Source of the DNA: a virus
Length of the DNA stretch: 64,000 nt
Reading direction: 5' to 3' (one strand)
Virus record (IMG/VR): IMGVR_UViG_3300033429_000001
Span: 1-64,000 of that record
A program made the position numbers and the translations under genes. Below, one piece after another: positions 18,122 to 25,555 of the stretch. Each line of letters begins with the position of its first letter. The first letter of the stretch is position 1. The notes beneath the pieces are model-generated. The model worked only from the letters and a program-made list of their open reading frames with translations, searched no databases and was not told where the DNA came from.

Positions 18122-18444
18122 GGGAAATGAATATTTCAAATCCTGAAATAATTATAGTGGCATTGATAACAGCTACAGCTTCAGCCATAACCGGCGCTTT
18201 GACTTGGCTATTTGGTCGTCGCAAAAGCGACGCAGAGATAGCAGAAATTTCCGCCAGAGTTTACAATACTCTGGTCGAAGACTTGGAAGGTCGAGTCGAG
18301 AAACAAGGCGAGACCATCAAAGACCAGGGCAAGATGTTGGAAAAAATGCGTATTTACGTTGAAAAATTGGAGCAACTGCTTTTGACGAACAACATAATCA
18401 AACGTCACGAACTGGAAGAAATTAAGGGAACCATAGGGTTATGA
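18118..18444 (+). CDS. TM plus coiled-coil protein (holin/lysis-cassette type)
   Basis: N-terminal TM followed by coiled coil. Confidence 0.6.
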   Translation: MREMNISNPEIIIVALITATASAITGALTWLFGRRKSDAEIAEISARVYNTLVEDLEGRVEKQGETIKDQGKMLEKMRIYVEKLEQLLLTNNIIKRHELEEIKGTIGL

Positions 18445-18782
18445 AGATAGTTCTTGTATGCCTGATACTCGCGGTCTTATCAGCATTACAGTATCGTGTG
18501 ATTTTGCGCGGTCGATGGTATGTCGAGAAGCCCATAAAAATACCCAACCATTGGGCCGGCCATGCAGTGATTGGGATTGTTGTCGTGGTAAGCCTAAATC
18601 GTATGTTTCTTGATATGCCACTCGAGATCTACCGATCCCTATTTGTTACGTTTTTATCTCCTTTTATGTTTATTTATATGGCAAGCCTTAAATCGTGGCG
18701 AATTTATACAGATATTGCCCCGGCGATTTTGGGAGTGCTGACAAAGCTTAATGAGTTGAAACCTGGCAATCCTGGGGTGTAG
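18441..18782 (+). CDS. Membrane protein
   Basis: Three hydrophobic segments; ATGA overlap. Confidence 0.6.
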   Translation: MKIVLVCLILAVLSALQYRVILRGRWYVEKPIKIPNHWAGHAVIGIVVVVSLNRMFLDMPLEIYRSLFVTFLSPFMFIYMASLKSWRIYTDIAPAILGVLTKLNELKPGNPGV

Positions 18783-18790
18783 GTAAAAAA

Positions 18791-19441
18791 ATGACCAAGC
18801 CAAAAATCACAATCATCAAGATGGCGGATTTAAAGCCAGACGGTGCCAATGCGAATGAGGGTACTGAACGCGGTCGGGAAGTGCTTAGAGATAGCGTCAG
18901 GGAATTTGGAGTAGCCGAGGCTGGAACACTGGACAAAAACGATAGAATCGTCGGTGGAAATAAGAGATTTGAAGCCTACGGCGAGGCTGGCATGGATGAT
19001 GAGGTTATTGTCATAGAGGTTGATGGCAAGCAGCCAGTCTACATCAAGCGAAATAACATTGACCTGAAGACCCCGGAGGGCAGACGCCTGGCGCATATGC
19101 TGAACCGGTCACATGAGCTTAGTTATACTCTGGACGTAGATCAATTATTTGTAGACATAGATGGCGTTGAGTTGAAAGATTTATGGGGCGAGGATGAGTT
19201 GGCGGGGCTGTTTGGGGCGATTTTGCAAGATGCTGAACCCTCTAAGGGCGGCAGATCGTTGGGTGATAAAAAAAAACAAATAAAGCCCGTCTTGTACGTG
19301 GACGAGGTAAAGATATTCGAGTTGGCAATCAGGGCTACCGGTGAAAAGAACCGGGGGCAGGCACTAATCAAAATATGCGAGGCATATCTTGGGACAGAGG
19401 GACAATTCGACATTGGCCTTGAAAATATCCTTGAGACGTAA
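18791..19441 (+). CDS. ParB/Srx-like N-terminal domain protein
   Basis: DLKPD..NAN..T.RG...L..S..EFG...D...IVGGN.R. Confidence 0.7.
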   Translation: MTKPKITIIKMADLKPDGANANEGTERGREVLRDSVREFGVAEAGTLDKNDRIVGGNKRFEAYGEAGMDDEVIVIEVDGKQPVYIKRNNIDLKTPEGRRLAHMLNRSHELSYTLDVDQLFVDIDGVELKDLWGEDELAGLFGAILQDAEPSKGGRSLGDKKKQIKPVLYVDEVKIFELAIRATGEKNRGQALIKICEAYLGTEGQFDIGLENILET

Positions 19442-19985
19442 TTTACTCAAGGAAATAGAATCCCCTGTGGTCATGGAGACGCACGGCGGTAACGGTGTTT
19501 TGTGGCGTCGCTGTTATGATAGCGTACCCGATGGTGTTGTTTTTGAGAAGGACGCCAAAAAAGCGGATATACTAGGTAAGCAGCGTCCGTGCTGGGCAGT
19601 GTATGAGGCTGACTGTATAAGTGCAATTTCCGATGGAGTAGGAGGGCACCTGGACATCAACTTTGTGGATTTTGATCCATACGGCGAACCCTGGCCAGCG
19701 ATTGACGCATTTTTTGAGAGTGAACGCCCACGGCCTGATAGGTTGGCGGTGGTGGTGAATGACGGGTTAAGAGGAACATTAAAAATCGGGGCATGGAGTG
19801 TAAAATCTATGACCGAAGCCGTTGAAAGATACGGCAATAGCATCTACCATGACTATCTCAAAATCTGCCAAGAATTACTACAACAAAAAGCGGCCCAACG
19901 AGGCTACAAGTTAACTCGTTGGGCCGGGTACTATTGCGGCCACGCCAAAGAAATAACTCATTATGGCGCGGTGTTTGTTCTTTAG
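19389..19985 (+). CDS. Putative SAM-dependent methyltransferase-fold protein
   Basis: ETHGGNG.LW, FEKD, DFDPYGEPW. Confidence 0.55.
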   Translation: MGQRDNSTLALKISLRRNLLKEIESPVVMETHGGNGVLWRRCYDSVPDGVVFEKDAKKADILGKQRPCWAVYEADCISAISDGVGGHLDINFVDFDPYGEPWPAIDAFFESERPRPDRLAVVVNDGLRGTLKIGAWSVKSMTEAVERYGNSIYHDYLKICQELLQQKAAQRGYKLTRWAGYYCGHAKEITHYGAVFVL

Positions 19986-20833
19986 TTGTGTTGAGGGACG
20001 CGCCTGGGGTTGTGATAGCCTTCGGGCAAGTACTTCTGCAAGTCTCTTTTAACATAGTGTGTTGCATTGAGACTATTTAACAATTCAATAACCTCACCCG
20101 TGAAACGCTTCCAGTCTGTGGTTTTGGTTAACTTATGATAGTTGACCCGTCCGACTTTATAGAGACTTACAAAACCGTGAGTTTGCCTGATTATTTCCAG
20201 GGTGGTTTCGGTGTCGATGACCGGTTCAAGGGAGACCCAGGTAAAGATACCGGCGTCGTGAAATTCCTTTAGGGTATCGATTCTGTCTTGAGGTAGGGCA
20301 GCGGCTGGCTCCCACTCTTTGGATACATCTGGGTCAAGACTGGTCAGGGTGCTGGCGAAGGCATCGCGGTTTGGACGGAAAAGGTCAAGATCGCGGAGGG
20401 CACGAGAGCCACCTTTTGTCAATGTGCATACTGCAAGCCCGAAGGCTTGTAGGTTTATGATTGTGGTGCGGGTCAGGCTGTTTGTGATGGGGTTGTAGGG
20501 GTCTGTGGTAAAGCTGAGTAAGACCTGCTCAGTGATCCCGGCGGCCTCGTACTTGGCAGCATCCTTTTGAAGCTTTTGGATGAAGCCTGACCTGGGGGCG
20601 GCCGTGGAGTCGAATTCCTGGCGAGACATTCGGAGGACGGCGGGAACGTAGCAATACACGCACTTGTGACCGCATCCCCGGTAAGGGTTGCAGGCCAGCT
20701 TGGCATACTCGCCGGCCTGCCCTGCCGGGGCGTAGATGTGTGAGCAGCCCTTAATAGAGTGACCGTCGGGGTTGAGTGTAAATTTTGGTTTGATTACCTG
20801 GGTTGGTTCAGATAGTAAAGATAGCTGAGTCAT
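19982..20833 (-). CDS. Radical SAM protein (spore photoproduct lyase-like)
   Basis: NPYRGCGHKCVYCY (CxxxCxxC), TDPY, LTK, SLEP. Confidence 0.9.
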   Translation of the reverse strand: MTQLSLLSEPTQVIKPKFTLNPDGHSIKGCSHIYAPAGQAGEYAKLACNPYRGCGHKCVYCYVPAVLRMSRQEFDSTAAPRSGFIQKLQKDAAKYEAAGITEQVLLSFTTDPYNPITNSLTRTTIINLQAFGLAVCTLTKGGSRALRDLDLFRPNRDAFASTLTSLDPDVSKEWEPAAALPQDRIDTLKEFHDAGIFTWVSLEPVIDTETTLEIIRQTHGFVSLYKVGRVNYHKLTKTTDWKRFTGEVIELLNSLNATHYVKRDLQKYLPEGYHNPRRVPQHN

Positions 20834-21018
20834 TATGATTTCTCCTTGTTTGGTTCGGTAAGTTTGATTTTTCCGTCTGCAATGGCTCGAACAAGTTGAC
20901 TAATTGAGCCAACCTTACCAGCACCGGTACCGCGAGTTTGCAAAAATCCAAGCTCGCGGGCCTTTGCCTCAAGGCTATTGGATTGCTCGTCTGAAAAATA
21001 TACTGACGATCTTTTCAT
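20833..21018 (-). CDS. Ribbon-helix-helix-like small regulator
   Basis: AAAGGAG RBS; MKRSSVYFSDEQ...SISQLVRAI. Confidence 0.6.
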   Translation of the reverse strand: MKRSSVYFSDEQSNSLEAKARELGFLQTRGTGAGKVGSISQLVRAIADGKIKLTEPNKEKS

Positions 21019-21191
21019 TTTCTGATACTCCTTTCGGCCTCTTCTTTTGTAGAGTGGGGGCCTGATATTATTTCGTAAAATTTGGCGATAATGCCAGGGA
21101 TAGGTTGGCGACTTACCCATTCGTAAGTGTACCAGCCTGGGCAGTTTTTACTCTGCCGGGTTTAACCACCCACCCGGCGAAGGATTAAGAA

Positions 21192-21590
21192 TTATGATCT
21201 ACATTGTTTACTGACGATGTGGTCGGCCAGGTAATCTCTGGCGGTGTCAATCAACTTGAAGAGGTCAGAGTTTGGCACATCGCCTTCTGAGCATTGGTAC
21301 ATCCATTCTTTGATCTCTTGGTAAGTTTTGATCTGCACAGGAGGCATAACAAATTGGTAATGAAAGTTCAGCGGACGAAATTCTTCGGCTGCCCCTTTAC
21401 CGTATCGCTCGTTAACTGCCATTACGTTCAGTTGGAACATGTCATTTGCTAATCTGGAACAATCTTCATTACGATTCAGATTATATCCTGCGTCCTCTAT
21501 TTCTCTGACAATGTGGGTCAGGTGTTTGGTAGCCTTGAAAAAACTTACAATTCTGTTAATAGTATCGTCATTTACTACATATGAACTCAT
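21192..21590 (-). CDS. Conserved phage-type hypothetical protein
   Basis: Own promoter and RBS; N..AVNERY...YQCSE. Confidence 0.7.
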   Translation of the reverse strand: MSSYVVNDDTINRIVSFFKATKHLTHIVREIEDAGYNLNRNEDCSRLANDMFQLNVMAVNERYGKGAAEEFRPLNFHYQFVMPPVQIKTYQEIKEWMYQCSEGDVPNSDLFKLIDTARDYLADHIVSKQCRS

Positions 21591-21599
21591 CTTTTGTTT

Positions 21600-21712
21600 C
21601 TCCTTAAAAAGTAATATCTAACTGTAAATATTATAACATACTTATGCCGTAAACACAAGTGGAAGTTTCGCTGAATGAAACAAAAACAAACAAAATTTGA
21701 TAATTTTAAGGT
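21600..21712 (-). promoter_or_regulatory. Repeated leftward promoter cassette (TAACCTTAAAATTA box, TTGTGT-17-TATAAT, AAGGAG); second copy 22791-22903
   Basis: ~113-bp near-identical repeat, each copy directly before a gene start. Confidence 0.85.
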
Positions 21713-22587
21713 TAAACGATGTAGGCAAGAGCAGACTTGAGGGCCAGGGCTGCGGCGGTACACTGGTCGCGCTTGAAGTTCTTTCCCAGTGCATTCCAGG
21801 CTTCGGCGGCCTGTTGCCAAAAATTGATTTGATTATTAAGTACTTCGTGAGGCTTATTACCGCTTGTTGGCGGGATAGTTGTTGATGGTAGAGGCGGGTC
21901 TGCTGGAACTTCTGTTGGTTGGTCGTTGACGCTAATTTGACCGCCAAACAACGGGGCGTCAAACAAGGTGGCCTGGGCCTGCTGCTGGAACAATTCGCCG
22001 CAGACTCTACGGAACCATGCCGGGGTAGGGCTGGTGTTGTCTCGAAGCTTGCGGATGGCTAACATTTGGAAGTTGGAGTCAAGGTCGGCTTGGGAAATGA
22101 TTTGAGCGTAGCCTAGACCAATGTCGCCGGTTCTAACTAAGTCTTGAAGGTCATCACGAAGCTTCAGAAGCTTGAGACGAAATTCAACTCTTACGGAACT
22201 GACACCGGCTTGCTTGGAACACTTTTTAGCGTCCCACCCGTAAAGGCTAATCCGGCTGGCGTAAGCGTTGGCCTCGTCGATGGGGTCGAGGTCGTCGCGG
22301 CTGACATTTTCGGTGAGCATAACGGCGCTGGCTTCTTCATCGTTGAGGCTAACGACGATACACGGAACCTCTGACCAGTTCAGGAGTTCAATGGCTCGTG
22401 TACGACGCTCGCCGGCAACTATCTGGTACATTTCCGTGCTGTCTATATGGCGCACGGTAATCGGCTGAATTAGGCCATTCTCGCTGATACTGTTAGCCAG
22501 TTCTTGCAGGGCCTTTGGGTCAAAGCGAGTGCGGTCATTGTTGCCGGGTACTATGAGGGTTGTGTCAATCATTTTGATGTTGGACAT
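21712..22587 (-). CDS. parB: ParB/RepB/Spo0J family protein
   Basis: R..FD...LQELANSI..NGLIQPITVR...YQIVAGERRTRA...EN..R.DL.PIDEA. Confidence 0.9.
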   Translation of the reverse strand: MSNIKMIDTTLIVPGNNDRTRFDPKALQELANSISENGLIQPITVRHIDSTEMYQIVAGERRTRAIELLNWSEVPCIVVSLNDEEASAVMLTENVSRDDLDPIDEANAYASRISLYGWDAKKCSKQAGVSSVRVEFRLKLLKLRDDLQDLVRTGDIGLGYAQIISQADLDSNFQMLAIRKLRDNTSPTPAWFRRVCGELFQQQAQATLFDAPLFGGQISVNDQPTEVPADPPLPSTTIPPTSGNKPHEVLNNQINFWQQAAEAWNALGKNFKRDQCTAAALALKSALAYIV

Positions 22588-22781
22588 TATAATTGCTCAC
22601 TTTTGCCGTTTGACCAGATGGCTTCTTCTCTCTGAAAAACATCGACTGCAAACCAGAAGTTATCTTCTTCTGCTACGTGGTATTCTATGTGACCTTCTTT
22701 GTCGTCACTATAAACGATGAAGTTATCATCTGATTTTAATGATTTTTCTTTTGCTAATTTACTTGCTTTTCCGTAGGTCAT
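22587..22781 (-). CDS. Hypothetical protein
   Basis: AAGGAG RBS from the repeated promoter cassette. Confidence 0.65.
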   Translation of the reverse strand: MTYGKASKLAKEKSLKSDDNFIVYSDDKEGHIEYHVAEEDNFWFAVDVFQREEAIWSNGKSEQL

Positions 22782-22790
22782 AATTTTTGT

Positions 22791-22903
22791 CTCCTTAAAA
22801 AGTAATATCTAACTATGAATAGTATAGCATACTTATGCTGTAAACACAAGTGGAAGTTTCAGTAGGTGAAACAAAAACAAACAAAAATTGATAATTTTAA
22901 GGT
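22791..22903 (-). promoter_or_regulatory. Second copy of the leftward promoter cassette (TTGTGT-17-TATACT)
   Basis: Repeat of 21600-21712. Confidence 0.85.
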
Positions 22904-22928
22904 AAAATACTAAACACAGGAACTGAAC

Positions 22929-23438
22929 ATGGCCAGTAAAGAGGCTCTAATGGAACTGAGGCGGTCTCTGATCGCTGCCCTTCTATCTGCTGACCCGAGA
23001 ATTACGCAACGGCAGATATTGACCGCATTGGAGAGAAAGGGACTATTTAACCCAGATTCGGGGAATCCCTATTCTGTGGGCACCATCAACACGGACATCA
23101 AGGTCATAAAAGTGCAATGGCGCGAGCGGGCAGGGATAGATGCAGAGGGCTGGTTGAGCGAGGTTTTGGCCAAACTTGACGAATTGGAAAAAAAGGGCTG
23201 GACTACGGGAAAGCCTGATTTGGTACTGAAGTGTATTCAGGAGCGCAATAAATTACTGGGATTGTACTCCCCCTCCAGGCAAGAAATCACCGGTGCCGGT
23301 GGCGGCCCGATAAAGACAGAGGATGCAACCCTTACCGACGAAGAGCGAATTAATAGAATTGCAGCCATATTTGACCGGGCAAGAGCTAAACGAGACAGGC
23401 AAGCTGACACACAACAAGAAAAGTTGCCAGGCGAATAA
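22929..23438 (+). CDS. terS: Putative terminase small subunit
   Basis: N-terminal HTH, R.KLLGL..P...EITGAGGGPI tail; upstream of terL. Confidence 0.7.
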   Translation: MASKEALMELRRSLIAALLSADPRITQRQILTALERKGLFNPDSGNPYSVGTINTDIKVIKVQWRERAGIDAEGWLSEVLAKLDELEKKGWTTGKPDLVLKCIQERNKLLGLYSPSRQEITGAGGGPIKTEDATLTDEERINRIAAIFDRARAKRDRQADTQQEKLPGE

Positions 23439-23452
23439 TTGCATGGTATACT
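23424..23452 (+). promoter_or_regulatory. Promoter of the TIGR-Tas cassette, TTGCCA-17-TATACT (extended -10)
   Basis: Near consensus, overlapping the terS stop. Confidence 0.7.
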
Positions 23453-23457
23453 CTCAA

Positions 23458-23538
23458 TGTTCGTGAGTGGTATCAAAATTGTAAAAAACCGTTTTGGGGA
23501 GTGCAGGCCACTCGCGAACACCCAAGGCGGTTTTTTTT
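23458..23538 (+). promoter_or_regulatory. Leader attenuator: terminator hairpin whose loop is complementary to the transcript 5' end
   Basis: AAAAAACCGTTTTGGG/CCCAAGGCGGTTTTTT stem; TGTTCGTGAGTGGT pairs with GCCACTCGCGAACA. Confidence 0.7.
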
Positions 23539-23567
23539 ATTGCGTTGTAGGCGAGGCAGGCGAAGAT

Positions 23568-24191
23568 ATGGAAACAAAAGAAGATATGGCAAAGCAGAGC
23601 AAAATGACGAAGGGAAAAATTACCATTGACGTGCGTGACTGGCAAAAAGAATTTGCCGAGATAGAGCCGGATTTAACCGGCGATGACCCGATAATTGACC
23701 TTGCCCTGACAGGATTAAAACCACAGCAAGCGGGCAGGATGATAACCATCGCCGGAGAGCGTGGTGATTTAAAAGACTTTCCGGGTTCAAAGCTTTTGCT
23801 GATGGTCGGGGGAGCTAATTTCTTTAGTAGTCACGTGGCGCGGGCCAAGCGAGAAATTACGCTGAAGAACGGCAAGACCTTTAGCGGTCGGGCCTACATC
23901 GCCCCGGCTCGTGAGGTGGCGGGAGAGGATGAGGAGGATCAGTCTGATAATGATACCCATCTACAACATGCTGCCTCATCCCTTCCTGCCTCAAATTGGC
24001 TTGATGAGAAAGTAGTCAGCACAATCGACCCGGCTACTTTTGACCGGGCCGTCAGGTATCTTTTCAACCAAGTGACGGGTAATATCTGGAAGCGTTTTTT
24101 ACACATTGCCGAACACAAGCCGGGTGAAGTGGAACGGATAGCCGGCGAGTTGAAAGATAGGATAGATGAGATGGTAGAGCGGTTGAGTTAG
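23568..24191 (+). CDS. Hypothetical protein in the TIGR-Tas cassette; contains one array unit
   Basis: ORF between leader and array; the ORF-track start 23439 falls in the promoter. Confidence 0.75.
   Translation: METKEDMAKQSKMTKGKITIDVRDWQKEFAEIEPDLTGDDPIIDLALTGLKPQQAGRMITIAGERGDLKDFPGSKLLLMVGGANFFSSHVARAKREITLKNGKTFSGRAYIAPAREVAGEDEEDQSDNDTHLQHAASSLPASNWLDEKVVSTIDPATFDRAVRYLFNQVTGNIWKRFLHIAEHKPGEVERIAGELKDRIDEMVERLS
23918..23990 (+). ncRNA. Orphan TIGR-type unit inside a CDS
   Basis: stem-TCA-gtctgataa-TGATACCCA-tctacaaca-TG-stem. Confidence 0.75.
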
Positions 24192-24700
24192 CCAGCCGGC
24201 GCGTAATACCCAAGCATCTTGTGCTACCAATCGCAACCGGTGGGGCGGCCACATGCCGCGTGATACCCAAACTTCATGTGCCGCCCCACCTTAAAAGCTT
24301 ACTGAGGGCCAAATCCTAAGTGATGCCCAGTCCAACGGTGCCCTTGACAAAATCCGAGGTTGAGCCAGGTTGAACGTGATACCCACGATAATTGTGTTCA
24401 ACCCCGGCTTTTGGAGAGAAGCCAGTAGCATAGTGATACCCATGAAACGTGTGCTTCTCTCCCAAATCAAGGCAATTGGTCTTGACCAGATTAGCGGTGA
24501 TACCCACCTAGACAGTGAAAGGACAAAAATAATGAACCAAAGTGAATGTGATACCCAGAATCAATGTGTTCAAATTGAAGGCAACAACGGAGAGGGCCAG
24601 GAATCCTGTGATACCCAGTTAATGGACGTCCCCTCCGACGATAACGGGACGGGCGTCCATAAAAGTCATGATACCCACTCCCCATGTGACACCCGTCCCG
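24180..24700 (+). repeat. TIGR-type stem-loop guide RNA array, 9 tandem units (stem-CCA-N9-TGATACCCA-N9-TG-stem)
   Basis: CCA at 24192, 24249, 24309, 24365, 24422, 24486, 24537, 24597, 24657; both spacers always 9 nt; each unit has its own inverted repeat. Confidence 0.9.
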
Positions 24701-25461
24701 ACCCAAAGCCCCGCAAGCATCCCCACCTATGGCAAGCCTATCTATGGTGGTACGAGTTGATGGAAATGCGCAAGCGTCACAACTCGCGTATTTCCTCAAT
24801 CGAAAATGGCAAGAGCAATCTTGACGCGGGATTTGAACGGGAAATGATAGCGATGCTTCAGCTTGACATCCTGGTTGACCCGAAGAATAAGACCCAGCGA
24901 GCTATGTCTGCCAAGCAGATAATGGTGAATTATGGCGAGGCTGTTGGGCCAATATGGGACTGGTGTTTGGCCCATAAGGGAATGGGGGAAAGCCTGACTG
25001 CCCAACTATTGGCCCAGATAGACGACATCAACAATTCCCCATCGGTGTCCAGTCTGTGGAGGTTTGCCGGGTTCAGTATTGACGGGGGGAAGGCAGAGAA
25101 AAATCATAAAGGGGTCAAGTCGCCCTTTAACCACAAACTCAAGGGTATCTGTTTCAATATTGCCGATCAATTCATCCGGCAGCAAACGCCGTACTATGTC
25201 GATATTTATTATGCCGAGAAACAACGCCAGCGAGAATTATATCCCGAACCAGTTTGTCGGGGCTGTGGAGAGTTGGCAGTACAGAAACGGAAAAAGGTTA
25301 GAGGCAAAATGGTGATGACCTGGGGCTGTCCCGAGAATGGCAAGCACGTTGTAAATTATACCGATGCCCACCTGCATATTAGAGGGTGGCGTAAGATGAT
25401 AAAGGAATTTCTTAAGGACTTGTGGGTAGCGTGGCGCAGGATTGAGGGTCAGATAGAATGA
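24532..25461 (+). CDS. tasA: TasA-like protein: coiled coil plus IS110 C-terminal/Nop RNA-binding domain, no nuclease domain, zinc-ribbon insertion
   Basis: PIWDW...KGMG..L.AQLLA.I.DI.....SSLWRFAG...N..LK...H.H.R..RKMIK.FL.DLW..WR; no DEDD RuvC or HNH; GAAAGGA RBS; adjacent array. Confidence 0.82.
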   Translation: MNQSECDTQNQCVQIEGNNGEGQESCDTQLMDVPSDDNGTGVHKSHDTHSPCDTRPDPKPRKHPHLWQAYLWWYELMEMRKRHNSRISSIENGKSNLDAGFEREMIAMLQLDILVDPKNKTQRAMSAKQIMVNYGEAVGPIWDWCLAHKGMGESLTAQLLAQIDDINNSPSVSSLWRFAGFSIDGGKAEKNHKGVKSPFNHKLKGICFNIADQFIRQQTPYYVDIYYAEKQRQRELYPEPVCRGCGELAVQKRKKVRGKMVMTWGCPENGKHVVNYTDAHLHIRGWRKMIKEFLKDLWVAWRRIEGQIE

Positions 25462-25485
25462 GATAAACACAGCAACGCAAACCCA

Positions 25486-25514
25486 AGAGGGCCAGAGTTA
25501 TCTGACCCTCTTTT
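25486..25514 (+). terminator. Intrinsic terminator closing the TIGR-Tas cassette
   Basis: AAGAGGGCCAGA/TCTGACCCTCTT plus T tract. Confidence 0.7.
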
Positions 25515-25517
25515 ATT

Positions 25518-25546
25518 TTGACGCCAGCCAATCAATATGATAAAGT
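25518..25546 (+). promoter_or_regulatory. Promoter for terL, TTGACG-17-TAAAGT, near-leaderless
   Basis: ATG 9 nt after -10; no SD. Confidence 0.55.
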
Positions 25547-25555
25547 ATCATTAGC

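Noticed and set aside
16992-18782. Complete lysis cassette
   Set aside because: Membrane and LysM proteins are present but no catalytic endolysin domain is recognisable.
24180-24700. CRISPR array
   Set aside because: Conserved parts are only 3, 9 and 2 nt, variable parts are 9 nt, stems differ per unit, and no cas gene is present; it fits a TIGR-type array.
24370-25461. Intact IS110 transposase starting at TTG 24370
   Set aside because: No DEDD RuvC domain or catalytic SG motif; 24370-24531 is array sequence without an SD.
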